NCBI GenBank assembly: GCA_041619515.1
Contig: JBFKDW010000026.1
Coordinates: 1 to 34,463 of the forward strand
DNA length: 34,463 nucleotides
From: Acidimicrobiia bacterium
Lineage (GTDB): Bacteria; Actinomycetota; Acidimicrobiia; Spongiisociales; SHLN01
Reading direction: 5' to 3'
Shown in pieces: positions 1 to 7,897 of the stretch. Below the pieces are notes generated by a model. That model was given only the letters and a program-made list of their open reading frames with translations, was not told the DNA's origin and ran no database searches. The translations under genes were made by a program, and so were the position numbers. Position 1 is the stretch's first letter, and each line of letters begins with the position of its first letter.

Positions 1-378
1 GAACCGGAGCCGATAGCCGAGCGCGTTGGCCCGCTCGGGCAGCCGGTCGAAGAACTCGATGAAGACTTCGAAGAGGGGATCCAATTCCCCGGCCGGGCGT
101 TTGAGGTTCTCGGTGGAGAGCAGCCAGCCCGTGACCGCTTCAATGTTGAGATCGCTGGCCCATGCCAGGAACTCTTCGAACTTGCCCATCCCGGCGCGAT
201 AGCTGTCCCGGTAGTCGGTGAACCCTTCGCTGCGGGCATAGCGGCGGTGGCCATCGAGGATGACGGCGATGTGCTGCGGGAAGCGGGCCTGATCGATCTT
301 CTGGAGCAGACGGGCCTCGTACAGGCGGTACGCAGGCCGGAGCAGCGGGGCCGGTATCAGCGGGCGGGTCGATCGCAT
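1..378 (-). CDS. Isoprenyl transferase (cis-prenyltransferase, UppS family), 3' part outside the window
   Basis: Not in the ORF track because it runs off the edge. Manual translation from the ATG at 378 gives MRSTRPLIPAPLLRPAYRLYEARLL...FPQHIAVILDGHRRYARSEG...GWLLSTENLKRP, which has the P-x-HIAxIxDGxRR and STEN-x-KRP motifs of the family. Confidence 0.9.
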   Translation of the reverse strand, partial: MRSTRPLIPAPLLRPAYRLYEARLLQKIDQARFPQHIAVILDGHRRYARSEGFTDYRDSYRAGMGKFEEFLAWASDLNIEAVTGWLLSTENLKRPAGELDPLFEVFIEFFDRLPERANALGYRLRF

Positions 379-502
379 GGTGCCAATCTAGAAGGTCGAC
401 CGGGATAGGCCGCGCCACCGAAATGGGTCGGAATGCCCCCTCCAGGAATTTCGCGTTCCGCCGTTACAGCCAACAAGCGAGAGAAACTGGAGAGATACGA
501 AG

Positions 503-1486
503 ATGCGACGCCCGTGGATCGTGATGCTCACATCATTTGCGCTGGTACTGAGCCTCGGTGGGCTGGCCTTTGCGGCCGGCGGGGTTCCGTTCATTGATGC
601 CGGAACCGACGCCACTACTGCCGACAGCCTCGAGGCCGGGTTTCCGGACCTTGACGACGACTTCCTCGATCGGATCGAACGTGACGAGCCTGTCAAGGAC
701 AAGCCTGTCACGGACGAGCCCGCCAAGGATGAGGTGAAGGACGAGCCTGTCACGGACGAGCCTGTCACGGACGAGCCGGTCAAGGACGAGCCTGTCACGG
801 ACGACGTGGAGGACGAGCCTGTCACGGACGAGCCGGTCAAGGACGAGCCTGCCGACGACGACCACGCCAAGCCGGCCCCGCCGGAGCTCGTCATCCTGTA
901 CCCGTCCGACGGGGCCAAGGTGGACGACGAGAAGATGGTATTCGAAGGCGAGGTCACCCCGGGCACCCGGGTGTTTGCCGGCAAGTGGGAAGCCGACGTC
1001 GACGAGAAGGGCGCATGGCGGATCGTTCTGTTCCTCGAGCCGGGGACGCAAACCGCCAAGTTCCATGCCGAATCCGAGGGCGGGTACGCCGAAGCCAAAG
1101 TCACCGTTACCCGCATCGTGGCCGACAAGCCCAAGGAAGACGCGCCCACCGAGGACAAGCCCAAGGTGGACGAGACGGCCTACGAGCTGGTCGCCCATCA
1201 GGTGTACGGAGTGTGCGAGGCCGAGCTCCCCTACGACGTCTTCTGGGGCGAGACCAAGCCGGGCGCTCACGTGCTGGTGTGGTCCGAGTACGGCTCGGCC
1301 GAGACCTATGCGAACGAGGACGGTCAGTTCGAGCTGCGGGTCGATTTCCCGGAGGCACCCTACGGCCAGAGCTTCCAGGTCAAGGTCAAGTCAATCGAAC
1401 AGAAGCGCTATTTCGAGTTCACCAGCTATGGGAACCCGCCTCCGGGCGAAGACCACGGCGGTGAAGAGGGGGGAGCGGGGGCCTAA
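503..1486 (+). CDS. Secreted acidic protein with a DEPV(T/K) repeat linker and two probable beta-sandwich (Ig-like) domains
   Basis: Signal peptide MRRPWIVMLTSFALVLSLGGLAFA; GGAGAG RBS upstream; two beta-rich segments (PPELVILYPSDG...KVTVTR and ELVAHQ...YFEFT). The Ig-like call is an inference. Confidence 0.8.
   Translation: MRRPWIVMLTSFALVLSLGGLAFAAGGVPFIDAGTDATTADSLEAGFPDLDDDFLDRIERDEPVKDKPVTDEPAKDEVKDEPVTDEPVTDEPVKDEPVTDDVEDEPVTDEPVKDEPADDDHAKPAPPELVILYPSDGAKVDDEKMVFEGEVTPGTRVFAGKWEADVDEKGAWRIVLFLEPGTQTAKFHAESEGGYAEAKVTVTRIVADKPKEDAPTEDKPKVDETAYELVAHQVYGVCEAELPYDVFWGETKPGAHVLVWSEYGSAETYANEDGQFELRVDFPEAPYGQSFQVKVKSIEQKRYFEFTSYGNPPPGEDHGGEEGGAGA
683..853 (+). repeat. In-frame 15-bp tandem repeat, GACGAGCC(T/G)GTCA(CG/AG)
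   Basis: About ten 15-bp units (the last one truncated) plus two 12-bp units (GATGAGGTGAAG, GACGACGTGGAG), encoding DEPVT/DEPVK. Confidence 0.95.
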
Positions 1487-1522
1487 CCAGGGGCCCAGTG
1501 CGAGGTATTCCGAGGGGAACAT

Positions 1523-1554
1523 GCGAAGCCTCCCTCTCCGGAGGGGGGCTTCGC
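1523..1554 (+). terminator. GC-rich hairpin downstream of 503..1486
   Basis: GCGAAGCCTCCCTC-TCCG-GAGGGGGGCTTCGC: 14-bp stem with one G-T pair and no U tract. Confidence 0.6.
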
Positions 1555-1653
1555 CGCGTCGGAGCTTCCACCGATTGAATCCTCTCCCCGGAATCGACGC
1601 GAGCCCGGCCGGCAGTCCCGCCCGCGAGTGCCGCAGATATCCTGCTGGAACCA

Positions 1654-3387
1654 ATGGCCGAGCCCCGTCCCCGCGAGCCCTACGAACCCGCCCCGGAAAA
1701 GGCGCCGCGCTGGTGGGTGCTGGCCCCGGCGGCGCTGGTGGCCGCCCTGCTGGCGTTGATCGCCCCCGAGGCGTGGCCCGAGACCGGTGCCGCCGTCAGT
1801 GTGTCACTCGACGACCTACCCGTTGCTACCCAGGCGATAGAGATCGGCACTGGACAGGCGGTCACTGTGGCCGGCACGGCGGCAGATTCCTCGGAGATCA
1901 CCGTGCTGTTTGCCGACGGCATCAGCGCCGACTCCACCGTGCGGGCCGAGGTGCGCCTGGAACAGGGGGGCAGGATCGTTCAACCCCGCCTCGATCAGGT
2001 GGAAGTGGAGATCGAGCTGGCCGACGGGCGACGCGAGCTCGTCCCGATGGTGCGGTGGGATGGCGACGCCGGGGTGTTGCTCGCCGCTCGCCGGCCACCG
2101 GTGGATGCGGCGGTGGTCATGGGGCTGCTGGGCGCGGTCGTCGTGCTGTGGGTGACCGAGGCCGTGCCGCTATTCGTCACCTCGCTATTCATCCCGATTG
2201 TGCTGGTCGTCACCGACACCGCCTCGGGCACCGACGCCCTCGCCCCGTTCTTTCATCCCATCATTGCCCTCTTCTTCGGGGGCTTCCTGATGGCGGAGGC
2301 GATGAAACGCGTTGGGCTGGACCATCTGGCCGCCATATCGATCGTGGCGCGAGCGGGTCGCAGCCCCATCACCCTGTTCGGGGCGATGCTGGCGGTGTCG
2401 GCGTTTCTCTCCATGTGGATGTCGAACACGGCCTCCACCGCCGTGCTGGTCCCAATCGCCATCGCAGTGTCGGCGCCGCTCGGCCTGCCATTCCGCAAGG
2501 CGGCCGTGCTCGGCATCGCCTACTCAGCCACCATCGGAGGTGTGGGGAGCGCCATCGGCACCCCCGCCAACCCGCTCGCCATCGAGTTCCTCGACACCTT
2601 CGCCGGGCGGCAGCTCGATTTCGTCGACTGGTTCGCGTACGGGATTCCGATGGTGGTGTTGTTCCTTCCTGTCATGGGCGCCTACCTCTGGTGGCGCAGC
2701 CGGGTGGCGGTCGATCCGGGCTCGTTCGCCGAGGCGCGCCGGGTAGCCCGGGACGAGCTGGAGCGGGCCGGTCGACTAGACCCCGATCAGCTCACCGTCC
2801 TCGCCGTCTTCGCAGGTGTGATGGCTCTGTGGCTGACACAGAGCTTTCACGGCATCGACACCGGGATCATCGCCCTCATGGGGGCCGTGGCGCTCGCCGT
2901 CCCCGGCAAGATCCGGCCCGAAGATCTCGGCCGCATCTCGTGGGCTTCGTTGCTGACCTTCGGCGGCGGCCTCACCCTGGGCTTCTTCCTCACCGAGTCC
3001 GGAACCTCCGACTGGCTGGCGACCCGGCTGAGCGTCCTGTCCGATCTGCCGTCGTTTGCCGGGCTGGTGGCAGTCGCCGTTCTATCGCTCGCTCTCACCA
3101 CCGTGGCCTCGAACACCGCCACCGCTGCCATGCTGGTGCCGCTTGCCATTCCCCTCGCCGGCGTTCTGGGTGTCGATCCGGTGTTGATGGTGATGGTGGT
3201 GGCGGTCGCCTCGTCCATCGACTTCGCCCTCGTCGTCGGCACCCCTCCCACGATGATCGCCTACTCGACCGAGCTGTTCACCGCCCGCGAGATATTCGGC
3301 AAGGGGATCGCCCTCGACGTCATCGGCGTGGCCCTCCTGGTGACGGTGGTGGCCGGCTTTTGGCAGGCGGCGGGCCTGCTGGGCTAG
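1654..3387 (+). CDS. SLC13/DASS family sodium-coupled anion (dicarboxylate/sulfate) symporter
   Basis: LW-x-TEAVP, LFFGGF, SMWMSNTAST, IGGVGSAIGTPAN, a second SNT motif (ASNTATAA) and GTPP; many hydrophobic helices. Confidence 0.92.
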   Translation: MAEPRPREPYEPAPEKAPRWWVLAPAALVAALLALIAPEAWPETGAAVSVSLDDLPVATQAIEIGTGQAVTVAGTAADSSEITVLFADGISADSTVRAEVRLEQGGRIVQPRLDQVEVEIELADGRRELVPMVRWDGDAGVLLAARRPPVDAAVVMGLLGAVVVLWVTEAVPLFVTSLFIPIVLVVTDTASGTDALAPFFHPIIALFFGGFLMAEAMKRVGLDHLAAISIVARAGRSPITLFGAMLAVSAFLSMWMSNTASTAVLVPIAIAVSAPLGLPFRKAAVLGIAYSATIGGVGSAIGTPANPLAIEFLDTFAGRQLDFVDWFAYGIPMVVLFLPVMGAYLWWRSRVAVDPGSFAEARRVARDELERAGRLDPDQLTVLAVFAGVMALWLTQSFHGIDTGIIALMGAVALAVPGKIRPEDLGRISWASLLTFGGGLTLGFFLTESGTSDWLATRLSVLSDLPSFAGLVAVAVLSLALTTVASNTATAAMLVPLAIPLAGVLGVDPVLMVMVVAVASSIDFALVVGTPPTMIAYSTELFTAREIFGKGIALDVIGVALLVTVVAGFWQAAGLLG

Positions 3388-3406
3388 GGGTGTGAAGCCG
3401 GGGCGG

Positions 3407-4720
3407 TCAGCCCTTGGCAGCGGCGAAGCCGGCATCGAGGTCGGCGAGGATGTCCTCGATCGACTCCAGCCCGACGCTGAGCCGTACCAGGCCGGGGGTC
3501 ACGTCGCTGGCGGCCTGCTCTTTGGCGGTGAGCTGGCTATGAGTGGTGCTGGCAGGATGGATGACCAGGCTGCGGGCATCGCCGATGTTGGCGACATGGC
3601 TGTGCAGGGTGAGACCCTCGACAAACCGCTTGCCTGCCTCCAGCCCGCCGCTGATCTCGAAAGCGAGCACCGATCCGTATCCCTTGCCGCCGCCGAGGCG
3701 CTTGGCGCGCTCGTGCCACGGGCTGGAAGCGAGGCCGGCATAGCGAACCGAGTCGACCTGATCGTGGACATCGAGGTATTCCGCCACTCGCTGAGCGTTC
3801 GACCAGTGGCGCTCCATGCGAAGGCTGAGCGTCTCGAGACCCTGCAGGAACAGGAAGGCGTTGAACGGTGAGATCGCCATCCCCATGTCCCGCAGCATCT
3901 GCACCCGGGCCTTGAGGATCATCGACCCGTGCCCGAGGGCAGGCCAGTAGGCGAGGCCGTGGTAGCTGGGGTCGGGCTCGGTGAAATTGGGGAACCGGCC
4001 GGAGGCACCGTAGTCGAACGTACCGCCGTCGATGATGGCGCCGCCGATGGAGGTGCCGTGTCCGCCGATGAATTTGGTGAGGCTGTGGACGACGATGTCG
4101 GCGCCCCACTCGATGGGTCGGATGAGGTATGGCGTCGGGACGGTGTTGTCGACCATGAGCGGGATGCCGTGCCCGTGGGCGACCCCGGCAACGCCTTCGA
4201 TGTCAAAAACGTCGTTCTTCGGGTTCGGCAGCACCTCGCCGAACAGGACCTTGGTGTTGTCCTGGATGGCGGCTTCCCACTGCGACAGGTCGTGGGGGTC
4301 GCCGACGAAGTCGACCGTCACGCCAAGCTTGGGGAGGGTGTAGTGCAGCAGGTTGTAGGTGCCGCCGTACAACGACGGCGACGCCACGACGTGGTCGCCC
4401 GCCTCGCACAGGGTCATGAAGGCGAGGGTTTCGGCCGCTTGCCCGGACGCCAATGCCAGCGCCCCGGGGATGCCGATCGCGGTGGTGCAGCCACCTTCGA
4501 GAGCCGCCAACCGGGCCTCGAGGGCGCCCTGGGTTGGGTTCATGATGCGGGTGTAGATATTGCCGACCTCGGCCAGGCCGAACAGGTTGGCGGCGTGGTC
4601 GGTGTCACGAAACTCGAACGAGGTCGTCTGATAGATCGGCACCGCCCGCGACCCGGTGGTCGGGTCTGGGTCGCCGCCGACGTGAATCTGCTTGGTCTCG
4701 AAGCCCCACTCATCGCTCAT
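3407..4720 (-). CDS. metY: O-acetylhomoserine aminocarboxypropyltransferase / sulfhydrylase (PLP-dependent)
   Basis: Start moved to MSDEWGFETKQIH (ATG at 4720). Motifs AVPIYQTTS, YTRIMNPT, HSLTKFIGGHG (PLP lysine), ANIGDARSLVIHPASTTHSQL. Confidence 0.93.
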   Translation of the reverse strand: MSDEWGFETKQIHVGGDPDPTTGSRAVPIYQTTSFEFRDTDHAANLFGLAEVGNIYTRIMNPTQGALEARLAALEGGCTTAIGIPGALALASGQAAETLAFMTLCEAGDHVVASPSLYGGTYNLLHYTLPKLGVTVDFVGDPHDLSQWEAAIQDNTKVLFGEVLPNPKNDVFDIEGVAGVAHGHGIPLMVDNTVPTPYLIRPIEWGADIVVHSLTKFIGGHGTSIGGAIIDGGTFDYGASGRFPNFTEPDPSYHGLAYWPALGHGSMILKARVQMLRDMGMAISPFNAFLFLQGLETLSLRMERHWSNAQRVAEYLDVHDQVDSVRYAGLASSPWHERAKRLGGGKGYGSVLAFEISGGLEAGKRFVEGLTLHSHVANIGDARSLVIHPASTTHSQLTAKEQAASDVTPGLVRLSVGLESIEDILADLDAGFAAAKG

Positions 4721-4820
4721 AGTCGGGGAACAATACGGCGGACGGCGGCGCCTCCCAACCCGGGGCATGTGGTCGCGCCGGCCGCCGGGCACGAGACGGC
4801 TCTCCCGACGCCGGCCGGCC

Positions 4821-6032
4821 TCACCGGCTCCCGGGAGGAACCAGCTCGAGAACCTTGCCGGCCAGGGACTGGCCGATGGCAAGCGAGGCCGTGGCACCCG
4901 GGGAAGGTGCGTTCAGCACGTGGATGGCCCGTTCACCCGAGACGATGACGAAGTCGTCGGCGAGGCTTCCATCCGGCATCAGTGCCTGGGCCCGCACTCC
5001 AGTGTGCCGCCCTTCGAAATCCGAGGCTTGCAACTCGGGGACCAGGCGCCTGGCGTCGCGCACGAACAGCGGCTTGAGCAGCGAACGCGCCATCTCGTGC
5101 AGCCCGCTCCGCCAGTGTCTGGCGGCGAGGCGCCGGGTGCCGACGTACGAGACGGCGTTCCACAGCTCGCGGGGGCGGACGGTTTTCCAACCGTAGCCCT
5201 CCCTGGCCAGCGCCAGGATCGCATTCGGCCCAGCCTCCACCGTTCCGTCGGGGCGGCGGGTGAGGTGCACGCCGAGGAATGGAAGGTCGGGGTCGGGCAC
5301 GGGGTAGATCGACCCGCGGACATAGCGACGCGCCTCCGGCCTCACCGTGAGGTACTCGCCGCGAAACGGCACGATCCGAACCGGGGGGTCGACCCCCATC
5401 AGGCGGGCTATCCGGTCGCTGTAGAGCCCGGCGCAATTGACGATCACCCGTCCGGTCGCCTCGCCGCTCCGGTGCTGGACCCGCCAGCGCGAGCCGTCCT
5501 CGACGATGCCGGTGACGCCGGCGTTGACGGCGATTTCGGCCCCCGTGCTCGCGAGCTGGGCGGCGAGGGCTTCGGTCACGGCCCCGAAGTCGACCGCCCC
5601 CGTGCTGGGAACGTGAAGGGCGTCCGTCCCGGCGGCGTGCGGCTCGACTTCCCGGAGCTCGGCAGCACCGATGCGGCGCAACCCGGCGAGGTTGTTGGCC
5701 CGTCCCCGTCGCTCGAGCTCATCGAGGCGCCGGCGCTCCAGATCGCTGGTGGCGACGACCACCTTTCCGTTGCGCGTGAACGGAACGCCGTGCTCCTTGC
5801 AGAAGTCGACCATCATCTCGGCTCCCCGCACGCACAGGTCCGCTTTGAGAGAGCCCGGGCGGTAGTAGAGGCCCGAATGCAGCACTCCGCTGTTTCTCCC
5901 ACTCTGGTGGCGCCCTACCCGGGATTCCTTCTCGAGGACCAGCAGATCGAGGCCCGGCCGCTGCTCGAGCAGTGCCCGGCCGGTGGCGAGACCGACAATC
6001 CCGCCGCCGATGATGACGACGTCGTGTGGCAT
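4821..6032 (-). CDS. lhgO: L-2-hydroxyglutarate oxidase family FAD oxidoreductase
   Basis: Start moved to MPHDVVIIGGGIVG (ATG at 6032). Motifs HQSGRNSGVLHSGLYY, PFRGEY, PFLGVHLT, GVRAQA, HVLNAPSPGATAS. Confidence 0.9.
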   Translation of the reverse strand: MPHDVVIIGGGIVGLATGRALLEQRPGLDLLVLEKESRVGRHQSGRNSGVLHSGLYYRPGSLKADLCVRGAEMMVDFCKEHGVPFTRNGKVVVATSDLERRRLDELERRGRANNLAGLRRIGAAELREVEPHAAGTDALHVPSTGAVDFGAVTEALAAQLASTGAEIAVNAGVTGIVEDGSRWRVQHRSGEATGRVIVNCAGLYSDRIARLMGVDPPVRIVPFRGEYLTVRPEARRYVRGSIYPVPDPDLPFLGVHLTRRPDGTVEAGPNAILALAREGYGWKTVRPRELWNAVSYVGTRRLAARHWRSGLHEMARSLLKPLFVRDARRLVPELQASDFEGRHTGVRAQALMPDGSLADDFVIVSGERAIHVLNAPSPGATASLAIGQSLAGKVLELVPPGSR

Positions 6033-6129
6033 GAGGCGCCGAGGATAGGGTGCCGCCATCGGACCCAACGCCGCCACGGGAGCACGGCCGGTCGACGGGA
6101 TAGGCCAGCGGCAGCGAGGAAGGGGCGCA

Positions 6130-6156
6130 GAGGCCCGCGAGGGCCTCCCGGGCCTC
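6130..6156 (-). terminator. Hairpin at the stop codon of the DUF3179 gene
   Basis: GAGGCCCG-CGAGGGCCTCC-CGGGCCTC overlaps the TGA; no U tract. Confidence 0.4.
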
Positions 6157-7627
6157 AGCCTCCTTCCGGCGGGCCCCACACGACGGTCTCGGGATAGAAC
6201 TGGCTCCACGCGAACCAGAAGGCCTGGTGGCCGACGGCCTCGATGCCGTCCGCCCGTTCGGCCCGGATACCCGAGCCATCCGGTTGCACGCTGATGCCGA
6301 GCAGCTCTACGGCTCCGCCCGCGTCCAGTCGGCTGCGGGCCTGGCCGACGGGAAAGGCGATCGGTGTCCCGTCCCCGGCGAGGACTCCAAGCACCTGCTC
6401 CTGGGTGGGGAGGCGCTCGTCGACGTCTCCGACGGGGAAGATCGGGCCGTCGTCATCCCGGCCTCGCAGCGGGTCGGTCGGATAGGTCCGGCCGATCCCA
6501 CCGTCCATGGCGACGATGGTCGTGCCGGGGTGGGCCAGCTTCCACTCGCCCCACGTCGAGGTCACGACCGAAACCTGTTCGAGAACCACCCCCTCGTCCT
6601 GGAGGGGACCCGAGATGGCGGCGCCGGTGAACGTGTTGAACACCGAGAAGGTCTCCAGGTCGAACATCACCTTGTTCGAGCGGGTGAGGAGGCCGGAGGT
6701 CCGGAGGATCGGCACTGTGACGCCTGCGGGGACGCTGTCGGTCAGGTAGGCCTGGGCCGATCCACACAGAGTGCAGTAGGGGATCCCCACTCGCCGCCCC
6801 CCGAGCGAGTCGTTGATCATTTCGTGGATCTCCATGATGTTCTTGGGGTAGGCGCGCGACTCTCCGTTGATCGTCACCCCGAACACGATCTCCTCGTCCG
6901 GGTACCAGTCTCCGCCGGCAGCGTCGGTGACCGCGGGGTCGTCGAGCGCGGGAATGCAGCCGAGCGGGCAGCCGCTCTGATCACCCAGCACCCGGTCGTC
7001 CAGCAGCACCCCGCCCCAGCTGAGGAAGCGCCAGTCGATCTCTGCGTCCTCGTCTGCGAAGAAGGGCGCCCAGCGCGGGTCGACCAGGGTGAACAGCTCG
7101 CCCTTCCACCGGCGCTGGTCGGGAAGCGCCGGCAGGTCCCAGGCGATGAGGTGGTCCGTCATCGATTGCCACGTGCTGCGATCGGACACCGGGTCCTCGC
7201 TGAGGTCGGCTCCGGTGAGCCGCTCAAAGCCTCCCACCATCAGGTCGACGGTCTGGTTGGTGCGGATGAACCGGAAGAGGTCCGACAGCAGCCAGGCAGC
7301 CCGAGCGTCACCCGAGTCGCCGATGGCCGCCAGCGCTTCGAGGTCGATGCCCTCGGTGAGCGTGGCGTAGAGCCGGTCGATCTCCGCCGCCAGCGTCGGA
7401 TCCGCCGGCCCGGTCGGGACCGCAGGGGCAGGGGGGAACTCGAACCCGAGCTGATTGCGCAAGCCGGCGTCCACAACGGGCGGGATTACCCGCCCTCCGG
7501 ACTCGGTGGTCGCCGGTGCGGGAGTGGATGGTGCCGTGGTCTCGGCCGCCCCGCCCCGGCATGAGACGGTGACGAGCGCCAGTAGCGGGATGAGGATGCC
7601 GTAACGCACGATGCCGAGCCTAAGCAT
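6155..7627 (-). CDS. DUF3179-like lipoprotein
   Basis: Lipobox-like LVTVSC and a Pro/Thr linker, then IPALDDP, RAYP, HEMIND, YCTLCGS, SGLL-x-RSN-x-VMFD, TWGEWK-x2-HP and the terminal FWFAWSQFYPET. Confidence 0.82.
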   Translation of the reverse strand: MLRLGIVRYGILIPLLALVTVSCRGGAAETTAPSTPAPATTESGGRVIPPVVDAGLRNQLGFEFPPAPAVPTGPADPTLAAEIDRLYATLTEGIDLEALAAIGDSGDARAAWLLSDLFRFIRTNQTVDLMVGGFERLTGADLSEDPVSDRSTWQSMTDHLIAWDLPALPDQRRWKGELFTLVDPRWAPFFADEDAEIDWRFLSWGGVLLDDRVLGDQSGCPLGCIPALDDPAVTDAAGGDWYPDEEIVFGVTINGESRAYPKNIMEIHEMINDSLGGRRVGIPYCTLCGSAQAYLTDSVPAGVTVPILRTSGLLTRSNKVMFDLETFSVFNTFTGAAISGPLQDEGVVLEQVSVVTSTWGEWKLAHPGTTIVAMDGGIGRTYPTDPLRGRDDDGPIFPVGDVDERLPTQEQVLGVLAGDGTPIAFPVGQARSRLDAGGAVELLGISVQPDGSGIRAERADGIEAVGHQAFWFAWSQFYPETVVWGPPEGG

Positions 7628-7897
7628 GTTGAGCTAACGCTCGCCGGTGAAGAAAGGTTCGGACGGGCGACGGCTCGGTACCACGCCGCCGGGCGGGACC
7701 TGGTGTTCGTCCGAGCGAGCCGCCGGTGTGATCGATATGCAGGCAATCCGGGTAACGGTGGTGGCTTCCGAGGCGGCCGGCAAGCTGCTGCTCATCCCCT
7801 AGACCGGTCCGGCGGCTCATAGCAGGCCGCCAAACCGTAATCTTTGGGCCTGGATCGACCGGCGGTGACGATCCCCTCGACTCGAGAAGGAGAAGCG

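Noticed and set aside
683..853. Possible CRISPR array
   Set aside because: Units are contiguous 15-mers with no unique spacers, lie in frame within a CDS, and no cas genes are present.
388..1164. Ser/Thr-rich 258-aa ORF on the - strand (SSVTG repeats)
   Set aside because: It is the antisense image of the DEPV(T/K) repeat; the + strand ORF has the signal peptide and RBS.
975..3395. 806-aa Arg/Gly/Pro-rich + strand ORF
   Set aside because: Off-frame shadow of two real genes, typical of high-GC DNA, with no recognisable motifs.
4721..4820. Possible SAM riboswitch upstream of metY
   Set aside because: I could not find SAM-I or SAM-IV core sequences; only a GC-rich GCCGGCCG/CGGCCGGC stem is visible. 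An Rfam scan would settle it.
6100..6157. TGA plus hairpin as a selenocysteine/SECIS signal in the DUF3179 gene
   Set aside because: The TGA comes after the natural C-terminal FWFAW...YPET motif and read-through gives low-complexity sequence; a plain stop with a terminator is simpler.
7628..7897. Possible sRNA in the 270-bp divergent gap
   Set aside because: Only short GC stems; no recognisable RNA family or terminator. It cannot be excluded without expression data.
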